A DNA stretch of 64,000 nucleotides, from the NCBI GenBank assembly GCA_030704615.1, contig CM060731.1, positions 68,014,001-68,078,000 of the forward strand, written 5' to 3'. Under the pieces are notes generated by a model that saw only the letters and a program-made list of their open reading frames with translations, did not search any database and was not told the origin of the DNA. Every line of letters starts with the position of its first letter. Position 1 is the stretch's first letter. The position numbers were made by a program, and so were the translations under genes. This DNA is from Takakia lepidozioides. Taxonomy: Eukaryota; Plantae; Bryophyta. Positions 35,818-46,814 of this stretch are shown here, in pieces.

Positions 35818-37287
35818 TTATTTGGTTCTCTTTCTCTCTAGAATGTCTATTTCCTTCCCTAATCTATCCCTCTCGCTCTTCAATCTTGCAATCTCTTCCT
35901 TATCTAATCTTTCTTTGTCCCTCCTTAGTCTCTCCATCTCTCCTCTCTCTCTCTCTAGATTCACTCTCCGTTTCGCTAGTCTCGTTCTGGCGTCTCTCTC
36001 CCGCTTCATTCTCTCCTTTTTCAATTCCCTCTCAAGTTTGTCAGCTTTTTCTCTTGTGTCCCTCTCCAGGCTCTCGGAATCACTGAGGTCTTTGTATGTG
36101 ATTAGCTTTGAGCTTTTTGGGCCGGAAGCGGGACTTTCCGGACTGCAGGATGACCGTGTAGAGTAGCCATCTCCCCCTTTAATGCGTGCTGGTGACATCT
36201 CCTTCTGGAAATAGTACTGGCGAATTTGGCGCCTTACTCCCCCGAAGATATCATTAACTCCAGCATCCACCCATGTGAGAATTTGACCCTCATTCAAGGG
36301 CACTAGATTGGCCAAGACTTCGTTCGCTAGGAATTGGGACCCGAATTCCACACGGAATCCATAGTATTGGAAGTTATCATCCTTTACATTGAAGAAGTGG
36401 AGCAGCAAGTACAGGAGAGGGTTGGGACTCCCACCAACAGCATCGAAAATTTTGTCAAAGGTCGACAAGGAATCCATCGCCTCCTTGAAATCAACTATGC
36501 ATTCTACATTGGATTTATCAAACATGTACCTGGCTAATCCCCCATAGGTCTGAAATCTGCCCAAGACTTCCTTCTCGTGCTTTTCTCTATGGAGTTTTGA
36601 TCGACAAGTCAACACCTCTGATTCTGACCACACTGGCATATAGAGCTTGAGTGCGTCTCTCGGCTTTGCAAACTGATAGTACTCTTGAGGATTTGGGGAG
36701 CAAGAGAACAGAATGCACTTGGCATTGAAACGCATAGGCTCACCTCCCAGATTGGCTCTGCCATCGATCAGAAACCATGTCCTAGTTTCCATCAACTCAT
36801 CGATGAAAGCGTCACCTGATCCTGATCTGACAAAAGGCACCGAGGTCCAATCAAATAAGTATCTCACATTCGTATTGTACTGGTATACAACTCTTTGGCT
36901 CTCAAATGCAAGGTCATAAAGCCAAACATAGCTGTAAGTGGTCTTCCCAACACCAGGGGACCCAATGATGATGAACCTGCTCTTACTGCCATCACAAATC
37001 TTCTCTCTTATCAAGTCTGTAAGGTGTTCATAGCACGGCCTGATCCACAGCTTGGAGTTCCTCAGCTCTGACCCCACAAAGTGAATGCCTCCATCACCCA
37101 GGTTCAGGATACCATCCCTGAAATCCGCCCCAGGAAGACGCCTTGCGAAATGTTCCAGCCAGGGATCGGCGTGACTGCTAGAGTCATGAGGGGTCACGTA
37201 ACTTGCAGCTGATACCAAGTTTAACGGCATGTCTCTGTCTCTGTCTTGAATTTGTAGCAAGGTCAGCCCAGTCTTCGAGATGACCAT
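35818..37287 (-). CDS. Crinkler/RHS-type P-loop NTPase (CR-NTPase1-like) with C-terminal charged coiled coil; single coding exon
   Basis: Motif order LWIRPCY, IIIGSPGVGKT (Walker A), WFLIDG (Walker B), SCSP, LYMPVWSESE, GGLARY, LLH, FGSQF matches CRN NTPases. The true start may be Met at 37230, after an apparent acceptor CTGAC..TTCAAG| at 37245. TATA-like/CpG-rich region at ~37500-37760. Confidence 0.85.
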   Translation of the reverse strand: MVISKTGLTLLQIQDRDRDMPLNLVSAASYVTPHDSSSHADPWLEHFARRLPGADFRDGILNLGDGGIHFVGSELRNSKLWIRPCYEHLTDLIREKICDGSKSRFIIIGSPGVGKTTYSYVWLYDLAFESQRVVYQYNTNVRYLFDWTSVPFVRSGSGDAFIDELMETRTWFLIDGRANLGGEPMRFNAKCILFSCSPNPQEYYQFAKPRDALKLYMPVWSESEVLTCRSKLHREKHEKEVLGRFQTYGGLARYMFDKSNVECIVDFKEAMDSLSTFDKIFDAVGGSPNPLLYLLLHFFNVKDDNFQYYGFRVEFGSQFLANEVLANLVPLNEGQILTWVDAGVNDIFGGVRRQIRQYYFQKEMSPARIKGGDGYSTRSSCSPESPASGPKSSKLITYKDLSDSESLERDTREKADKLERELKKERMKRERDARTRLAKRRVNLERERGEMERLRRDKERLDKEEIARLKSERDRLGKEIDILERKRTK

Positions 37288-38327
37288 TCAACAATCGCAT
37301 GTAGCTAGTGCTGCAGTAGATCTCTCCGTGAGGTGAACCTTCGTTTACAGAACCACACAAAGAAGACAGAACTAGATCTCCTGCAAGCAACAACTGCTGA
37401 AGGCATTTGAATGCCTCGACAGCTTTGCAAACCCAACAGTCTCTACCCACAGCTGGTTCATATCTGCACTTTACAGTCACTCCTCCATTGTAATATCACA
37501 CAACTTGAGGATGGATCCATCCGCCGCTCCCCCTCTCGCTCACACACAGGGATCTTCCTGCCGCGTCTGAAGGACCTCTCCGAGATGTAGCTCATTTCTT
37601 TCAGACTCTTTGTGCACAGAGGAGGCGTGATTTGAAGCGATGAATCCCTCACCATCTCCTCGCTAACCTGCCACCCTCACACGTCTCGCCTGCCGGTGAT
37701 CACGAAACTAGTCATGTGCAGACATCAGCTACCACCGCTGGCGGCGCTCTGATAATATAACCAAAAGGTGGCAATGGCTATCAACAACTGGCAGGCTCTC
37801 TACCATTTGTGCAGGACCGAGATCAGTAATGTCTAAACATTTTCCTTTGAGGGATTGCAGACATGTATCCAGGCTGTATCAGCACCATCATCATCTCAGG
37901 GGTTTACAAAGTCTGGAGTGTTGTGAGGAGTTTCACTCATCTTCTGAGAAGTGGGCATGGCGATTGTGAAGGTGGAATGGAAAGGACTCCTGCGCTGTTG
38001 GAGTGGGGTCTGCAAGTAAGAAAGTGGGGTCAAAGTAAAGCTGCAACATTGCAACAGGCCGCAGTTGCTTTGGAGTGGTGGGAGGAAGACATTGGAGGAG
38101 GGGGAGTAGAAGAAGACACGGGTGAAACCTGAAGATGTTTCATTGACATTGATGCTTGTAATCACTAGCAAAACAAGTGATTGAGCAGCGGCATTTGCAA
38201 AAGACACTCCTTGGAGCAAAAACCCAACCCCAGAAAGAAGGTCACATAGTAATACAGTCCTACACAAAAGGCGATGGTCAACATGAAGAGGAAGCCGCGT
38301 CAAACAGCTGCTGACCCCGTTAAGAGC

Positions 38328-41300
38328 TCAAGCCCCCATGACGCCATAAAACAGGCCGTGCTTCTGCCCATCTGCTTCAGGCAGGTCATTAATGGCGGAG
38401 AGGTCGACATGTTTATAATTTACGTCATCTACGGCCCCTTGTTGGGCCGTGTGATCATAGGAACTCCCTTCCTCTCGACCCGGGCTCTCGAGCGACTCGG
38501 CCACCATCAGCTTCAATGATTCAAGGAGGCCCAAAGGGCCAATTTCGTCGGCGTGACTCTCAGAATCTAACAAAACAGCATGACTACTGGAAGCACGCGA
38601 CACTGCATTTCCTGTCCCGCTCGCTGGAAATCCCAACCACTCTGCAGCCATTGCATCAGTAATGGAAATGCAAGCCCATGCTCCCTTCCCATCAAGAGTT
38701 CATCAAGTTTAATTCCTACGGAGCTCCTAGCAATCTACAGAAACACCTACACTATATCCAGGGGACAAGCACAACATTCAGAATCAGATTCTCTGCAATG
38801 AGGACAACGAACGAGGTCCTCCTGAACTGACTGTCACACTTATTGTCCTCTGTCACTCTGGCGGGGAAAAGCATGCAGCCCTCTTAATGCCAAGTTTGCG
38901 ATGTGGGACTTCCATCTAGTCTTGAAGAGCTGCACAACATAGCCTATCAGCTACATGGATATACAAGATTCCAAGACTCCAGAGAAGGACAATGCCAAAA
39001 TAGATGAAGAGTGCCTATGCATGTAACGATCAGAACAAAATGCAAGGCTGAGACTATAAACACCTAGCACCAAACGTAGTACTACAGAATACATCTGGCA
39101 TCAAAGACCCTGATGTGAGTTCAGAATTACCTGGTCCACGTTCATCTTGAAAGTAAAAACCATGCACTTCCTGCTGCTCCTTCTCTACTATTGTCGTCTG
39201 CGAGTTACTCTCACCCATACGACCACCCCCACTAGAGCTTCCCTGTATAAGAAATGAAATGAAATGAAATGGTGCTTTATAACGTCCGCGGAAAGCTCAT
39301 AGAAAGAAAGATGACATCACCACCATGACTGTCATGATTGAGCCATTCATGTTTTTAACAAAACAGTCCTACAGATTTTAGTGAAGTTTCTTGCATTGAC
39401 AGAACCTTAAGGCAATCACCTTTTTGGAACCCTTTCCACCTCTGCCATAGAGCTCCGGTCTGAATGTGCACTCAGCCATCTCCATATCTTGTCTTTCCTT
39501 TCGCATGGCTTCCACTTTCTGTTCCCTTTTTTCTGTATCTATACATATAAGCTTGTACCACTGACGACTTGAGCTGCATGTGCAAACCAGCCAGTCATTG
39601 CTACGTTCAACAAATAGCATTCATGTCACCTTACAAACATTCTGTCTGTAAGGTGCTTGAATATGTCAGTGACAATGAATTGTCTATCACTACACGTGCA
39701 ATCAACAAGCATCGAAACCTCAGTGGTAGACTTCTTTTGCCATTTCTGCAGTAGCTGGCAAAGAGACTCTGTTGCAGGTCCCACCAGAAGGCACAACCAT
39801 GGCTAAAGCTTAGTGTGGCATCTTCACGCATACGAACTATTGACCCTTGGAACTGACACATATATCCACATATAAACATTATTTGTATCTATCTGCCTTG
39901 AGACTCTTGAGCTTTCTGGGAAGAGTTGAAAGCTTTATTCGTCCATGGGCCGTCATTCCTCCCATTTGATCATGTAACTCCATTCACAGTGCACATGTGA
40001 ACCCCTTACTAGGTAGACACTACTTCTCATTCCATTGACACATTAAACTGGATATTCACAGTAAGGCCTCAACCCTTGCTGTGATGACCTTGTGTCAACC
40101 TTCAGGTAATGCGAACTACCTGAATTTTCGTCTCCGGGTTGAAAGGTTGCGAGACAAACGGTCCATCTTGAATTGATAAGTGAAGTTGCTGTCATCAGCG
40201 TGATTCTTGTGATTGAGCACCAGGTGTACGTGACTACCCCGGTGCATTTTTTTCTGTCACAGCCACACCCATATTTGAGTCATGAGGATTTCAAGAACAT
40301 ATTGATAATTTCTTTTAGACTCCAACAGGGCCACGGCTTCAGGCTCAGCCTAGAGATTTTGAGAGTTGGTGAACAGAGGTGCAGGGACTTTGTTCTTCAT
40401 GGTCCTTAAGAGGGTTGCTCTTTGATGAGAATACCCCAGACATTGTATCAGAAAATGGATATTGTCTTCAGGCTGCCTGCACATTGGACATTGACAATCT
40501 CCCTTTCTTTTATGTTCAAACTCCCTGCCCCAATCTAAAATATCTGGGCAGCTCACACAGCAAATTGATGCTTGTGTGAAGGCCTTTCTAGAGGTAATCT
40601 GGAAAGCCTGTCTGCAGCTCTACATTGAGGTCTGCAGTGCCTGAAAGCCTCAGACCTTTCAGCTCTGACTGACTTAAGCATACTAAGAAATCACAGCGTA
40701 GTTAGTACCTCAACAGCAAGCATGAAATCTACGAACTTATCGAAAGAGAGAAGCTTCTCAGAATCTCCCATCTTCAGCACTTCAGAAACATCTTGAACAA
40801 CGTCCTTACTCAAGCGCCGTAAATCTGCAGTAGCCAGCTCAACAAGGCCATCCTGGAGTGCAAAGCAAATGATTAAGCACAATAATATCTATGCGCAATT
40901 TTTCAAAGCGAAAAGACGCTGACACCCTGACAAACAACGCATGGTGATTTCAGACAAATTTTAGAAATACAGCAGGAGAATGATTATGAGTGAGAACCTT
41001 GTCTTCATCAAGGCTGTCAAAAACTTGCTTGAAACCACGCTGTTTTATGCGTCCAAGTAACTTTTGAGACGTCGGCCCAACATAGTGACAGTTGGCTTGA
41101 TCCCTTTTGAGTTTCTCATCCCTTTCAGCCACATCCTCCTTCTTGCTATCGAGGGCATATTTCATTCTATACAAGAACTCTCCAATTGGGAGAGTCAATG
41201 GATTCCTCTGCAATTGAGATGAACATTATCAGCTGTACACACAGCTTCTGAGCCTATACCACATTCGAAAGGAACGACAAATGGTAAAAAGAGAAATGAA

Positions 41301-44300
41301 ATGAAATGAGATGATACTTTATGACGTCCGCGGGAAGCTCAAAGAGCTTACGAGACAGAAATTAGATGATACTTTATAACATCTGCGGAAAGCTCAAAGA
41401 GCGTATGGGACAAGAGAGAGCATGAAACGAGAAATGAAATGAAATGAAATGTGCTTTATAACGTCCGCGGAAAGCTCATAGAGCTTATGGGACAAAATGG
41501 AAGAAAACATGAGAGAGGAAACAAAACCAGAACCCAAGAATGAGAACTAATGTTCTAGTGATTGTCTACGGGTGAAGGCCTCGTGCAGGTAAGCTGCCAA
41601 GCATTTCTGATCCTCCTCAGTGAGAGATTGGGTTCCACTGAATAAACAGTGGAATCTCCCGCGGATCTCGTAGTATAGAGGGCAGAAGAAGAAGAAGTGT
41701 TCTTCAGTTTCAATTTCCCGGCTGCTCCCTATGCAAGCTGGACAGAGGCGGTCCTCCCCATGCAGGTTTTCCCATCTGCCAGACTCTATCCATAGGTTGT
41801 GGGAACCCACCCTGAACCGCCCCAATGCCCTCAGGAGGGAAGGAGATAAGGATGCTGAAAGGTAATTTGGCCTCAAGATTCTATCATCTCGGAGCACCAA
41901 GAATGTCTCTCCATAGAAGTGGAGCTTTGTCGTGAGATTGGGTAGCTTCCAAGTTCTCTTGACATGTAATTCCATAAGCTCTCTCCTAATGAGTCTGTTG
42001 TGGTCATGTCTGGATATGATGTCCACCCCTTCTGGATTTGTTGGTAATAGGGAAGCAAATAATAGATAATAGAAAGGGAGTGAGGATACAAGACGGAATG
42101 TGAAGCTCTCAATATGCAGCCCAGGAATACTATGGAAAAAGGAGTTTCATAAGTCCACGCAACGCCCAAAGATCCTAGGTGAAATGAAATGGTACTTTAT
42201 AATGTCCGCGGAAAGCTCAAAGAGCTTATGGGACAAAATGGGAAAAAACACAAGAGAGAGGAGACAAAACCAAAGCCAAAAAGCAGCCCAAAAGCAACTA
42301 CTGCAAAGAAAGAAAGCAGAAAGAAACTTTATAACAAAATGATGCGCATCAACCAAACAAGCCCCTAGTGCTTAATTGGCGCAATGAAGTCCAAGGGCGT
42401 TGGCGTACCTGTTAACCATTTCTAGGAACCCTATCATTTATACTAAGTGGTACAACAGCCCACATGTTGCTATGCTTGGTCGCCTCATCAATCTACCTGG
42501 CAATAATCGAGCTAACCACATAGCATACAAATTACTGTATCAAAGAATGCTGTTTGCTTGGTGCAGCAACTCAAAAACTCAACAATGACAAACTGCTCCC
42601 ATCAAACATCCCTAAGACCCCAACCCCTGGATGTATCCTTCGTAGCACTTCCTCTGCAAAACACTAGCTACTTCAAACCCAAATTTTCCACCCAATATCT
42701 AAGAGGATGACAGGGTGTGCTTACATTAATCTGTGGCTTGCGTCCAGTTAGTGGTCTAAAAAGCTGCCGGCCAGTACTGGGATCAACGGGTCTATGACCT
42801 AATTGCTCCCGCATTTGCCTTTTCTCAGTCAACTTGGAGGCATACTGCAGTAGTCTATCAAAGACGGACCCCTCATTTTGGTAGTCTCCATCCATATCCA
42901 ACCCATTCGATTGCCGTCTGTTGATAGCTGGTCGAAATGTTACTCTGCAAAACCCTTTCACGTTAGGTTTCATCCTGTTAAATGTTTAAATGTGTAAGAG
43001 TCTAAAAGAGAATCGTAAGTATTTCACTGACCCTTCAGGGTACCATTGCATGTATTCTGCTTGACGTCGACGACGGCTCTCAGCATCCAAAAAGAGCTGT
43101 TCAAAGCGAGAGTGAGAACCATCCTTGCCCTCATGCTCCTCATCCAGTTTTCGACGATTAATTTGAGGTTTGAAAGTGCACTCCATAAGCTTGGCCTCCC
43201 AAATCTGTCCACATTGCACTACCAATGATTAGACAATGGTCAGACATGTCTCTGCAACCTCACTCTGTCTTTCACTATGAAGATCAGAAATGCTTGGCAG
43301 CCTACCTGCACGAGGCATTCACCCTTAGACAATCACTCGAACAATAGTTCTTATCTCTGACTCTGGTTTCCTGTTTTCTCTCATGTTTTTCTTTCCATTT
43401 TGTCCCATAAGCTCTATGAGCTTTCCGCGGACGTTATAAAGCACCATTTCATTTCATTTCTGTGAGCTTTCCACGAACGTTATAAAGTACCATTTCATTT
43501 TATGTCTGTTAGGCTTTCTATACAATGCATTCACTGATGCTGTCCAATTATAAAGAACCGAAGTACCTCATTCCGGAGTTCCTGCAATTGATCATGCCTA
43601 GGCTTGTCTTGATGTTGTAACCTATTCCAAATCTGACCATGCTCCCGCCTGAGCTGCTTTGCTCGTTTGCTTCACATTGCAACCATGCATCTCTTAAAAC
43701 CAGCATCAGAGCATTCTCCCTCCTTTAAGCCGGGATTCTAAGCTTAACAAAAGTGCTTATTAAAACCATCTATTAAAAACACGAGTAACCCGACCAGTCA
43801 AGTATGATACCATTCCCTACTTCCCTACACAGGCCAGAACCTTTGGAATTACAATGGTAGACTTATCATATATATCCATCCAATCTCATCACCCCTGCAT
43901 GGACCTAAATTTTTCCAGGCAAACAAACATTTCTCTGAGCAGAAAATAATCCTTTCTAAGTACAAGGAATGAGCCTGGCAACATTACCTTAGTAAGCCTA
44001 AGGCCAAGAAATGAACTGAAATGGAAGCAAGAAAGAACTGGACTTCTGAACTACTGAAACAAAGCCAAAGAACCTACTCAGAAGGACCAAAGTCAAAGAG
44101 TGTCTGAACAAAGTAGTTTGAAATTTCAGGCAAAGGTCAAGCTATGTCAGGCCAATATAGGAGCACCCTGGACAATAGGGGTATTCAAAAGATAAGATTA
44201 TCATCAAGGGACCCTGCCGACTACATGCTTGTGATAGAGCAAAAGATACCTGATTTCAGGCTTCAAAGTCAGCTCAGCAAGCTCCCTGGCTTCATCATCT

Positions 44301-46814
44301 TTCTGTTTCTTTGCAATCAGCTTCTGCTGATTCTCTATCTTGGTAAGGCCTTCTGTGTACAATAATTCTCCATAATTCCTGTACTGCTTGGCTGTTCGGG
44401 CTCGCATTCGCATGATCCTCCATGATTTCTGGTCAATGGAAAGGATATAATCTGACTGAGAAAGTACTAGGAGAGGTCATTTTTGCTGCATCTCATATGA
44501 ACTTGAGAAAGGTAATGCTCTCGCAAACAATTAACCTTTATTATTGCACCTTCAGAGGACATTGAATGAGCACTGCTTATGTATAAACATGGCCACAAAC
44601 ATAAAGACCAAATGCTCAAATCTCCACATTTAAAGTTACAACCCATGAAAAATGACGGGAAATGCTCTTGCAAACAATTAGTCTTTATTATTGCACCTTC
44701 AGAGGACATTGGATGAGCACTGCTTACGTATAAATATGGCCACAAAAATAAAGACCACATGTTCAAATCCCCACATTTAAGATGACAACCCATGAAAAAT
44801 GACAAGGAATAGCTCTTTCTAACCCAGATACAAGGAAAGGTATGAATGACCACTTTGTAAGCTTGCGTGTGACTCCCATGCTACCTTGGAAATGCTAGTC
44901 TTGTCCCTTTCAATTTTTTCCTGGTATAACTCTAGACTGCGCTTCTTGTCTTCTTCAAGCTTCTGCTTGTGCCTCAGGAACTCCGTATACAGGCGCATGT
45001 AAACAGCTTTCTGGAATAACCATCGGAGAGATTAGAAGTTGTCAGCGGTGGGACCTCACCCATCTCTGAATATTACTCAGCAATAGCTTTGCTATCTGCA
45101 TGAAGCTTCCTATGTCTATATGTCTGAGAGTGAAGAGCTTCCATGAGCACTACCATGAGAATATCAGATGCATTTTCTGGTTCTTTTTTCCTTTTAACAA
45201 AAAGAAAAAAGAAAAATGGGAGGAAGAGGAGTAATTATCATTACCGCCCTTTCAGAGATAGGACCCGTGCCAGTAACTTTGGGTCTGTTCCCTTTTGCCT
45301 TTGGTTCTAGGCCCCCTGTCTTTTTGGCCAGGCTTGTGATGGTAGGAGCAACGAGGCGATCAGAAAGCCTTCGTCTTGTACCAGTCTTTTGTCTTGCTTT
45401 TTTAGGTGACATGGGAGCTTTTCCAGAGCCGGATTTATTGACCTTTTGCGATTGGGACAAGGGAAACTCCACAGATCGGAATTTGCAGCCACAAGATTTG
45501 GAGGATTTGTTTTCATAGTCTGACTCATCCTTGTAATCTTTCTCGGGGGGCATGTGACAACCCGTAGTGTGTTGTGGCCAATTCTCTTCAAATGAAGTAC
45601 ACTCATCTTTAGAGCAAAACACGATATCCTTATCCTCTTTACTGCAAAAGTCATACATATTGCTATGCTTTGATACATATAGAGTTATGAGCAGCAAATG
45701 CTATCACAAAATATATGGACTCTAAAAATAGGAAATGTTCAGCTGAAAATAATCTATAGAGCAAGTCCAGTAAATACTATTCCATTCAGTTAGAAAATTT
45801 AAGTTGGTTGCAGCTGTTGTTAGAAGTAAGTCACCCTAGGAGTAACTCCACCCACCATAGAATGAAGATTCTATGTCAGGTCTCAGATTGATTCACCAGC
45901 TCAAAAGAACCTAAAACATACTGTAACAACCTTGTTTCTGAAAATATTCGTAAAACCTGCAAGCATTCAACACATACTCTGGAAGCTATCTTGCAAGAAA
46001 CTTCTGGAATGAGTATAATTGTCACACACCTGATGCTTATGATGTTGCTGACAATATGCTCAGTCAGTGGTGCCACAAACTGATCAGGAAGAGAGTGATC
46101 ACGACAGAACTTTGTTGCTACTGCCTCAGCTGAATCACCCTCCTTCATTTCAATATGTTCAACACACCCATCCTCAATCTCCACAGTGATAGCAAGCAGA
46201 ACCCTCCGGTCATCAGATTCATTTTCTGTTCAAACCACCAGAAGCTGTTACGCAATTGCCACCAACACAATGTAAAGCCAGTATATCTCTATTATTGGTT
46301 ATTTACTAGTCTACATGAAATACAGAAATCAGTTTGGATGCTCACCCTTATTGCCATGAGTGGATTCTCTGCCTTCTTGAGTAGCCTTGTATCTTTCCTG
46401 CAAAGTACAAAAGTGTACTCATTCAGAAAGAGTTTAACCAGTGGAAATATGCCAAATGACAATCCTCAAAGGAAGCACCTGGTTCTTCAAATCAATGCTC
46501 ATTGTTTATTCACTGTCACTTATATAACATACCTTAGAGACAGAAAAATCACTTTAAGACTTCAGCATAGGCAGAGAAACATATTTATAATACACTTCAT
46601 ATGGAATAAAAGCACTTTCGCAAATGGCAGCAGACCAAGTGTGATAGAAGGAAGTGAAGTCAGTCATACACTGAAGTACCTGATGACTTGGAGTCCCACT
46701 TGCACTAACTACAGATCTGTTTTCATCGTCACACTGGCCACAAGAGTAACCTGATTTCAACCCATCCTCTTCGCCTCTTCCTTTAGATTTATTTATTTTC
46801 GGCACTCGCGACAT
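38328..46814 (-). CDS. Uncharacterised 882-aa protein with (E/C)TFxPxI repeats and an EF-hand-like pair; 15 coding exons
   Basis: Phase-consistent GT-AG model: 46814-46680, 46397-46346, 46225-46030, 45641-45245, 45010-44885, 44428-44250, 43669-43567, 43204-43032, 42944-42725, 41207-40998, 40852-40709, 40253-40120, 39573-39420, 39242-39131, 38641-38328 (2649 nt, no internal stop). Motifs: ELTLKPEI, ECTFKPQIN, VTFRPAIN, ECTFRPEL; loop DEDKDGLVELAT. Confidence 0.85.
39251..39302 (-). mobile_element. Minimal LINE family A 3' end (52 bp) next to a splice acceptor
   Basis: Minus strand reads CTATGAGCTTTCCGCGGACGTTATAAAGCAC(CATTT)4C-TTATACAG|exon. Confidence 0.9.
40316..40610. mobile_element. LINE family B fragment with internal inversion
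   Basis: 40316-~40545 is the reverse complement of ~55460-55699 (CPMCRQPEDNIHFLIQC). 40548-40610 is the sense continuation (CVKAFLEVIWKA). Confidence 0.8.
41293..42300 (-). mobile_element. Stack of LINE family A copies
   Basis: Tails at 41293-41357 and 41358-41430, a long copy at 41431-42058 (open 159-aa frame 41547-42026 with the CCHC motif), and another copy at 42181-42300. Confidence 0.9.
43267..43500 (+). mobile_element. LINE family A 3' fragment plus an adjacent second tail
   Basis: 43267-43460 is nearly identical to 24522-24715. A second tail lies at 43461-43500. Confidence 0.9.
44514..44803. repeat. Intronic tandem duplication, 147-bp unit x2
   Basis: AATGCTCT.GCAAACAATTA...CAACCCATGAAAAATGAC at 44514-44656 and 44661-44803. 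Confidence 0.92.

Noticed and set aside
35769-36166. Ser/Leu-rich plus-strand ORFs
   Set aside because: Antisense shadows of the CRN coiled-coil region.
40580-40609. Recurring TTTCTAGAGG..ATCTGGAAAGCC hairpin-like motif (also at 34683 and 55731)
   Set aside because: Explained as the coding end of LINE family B ORF2 (FLExIWKA).
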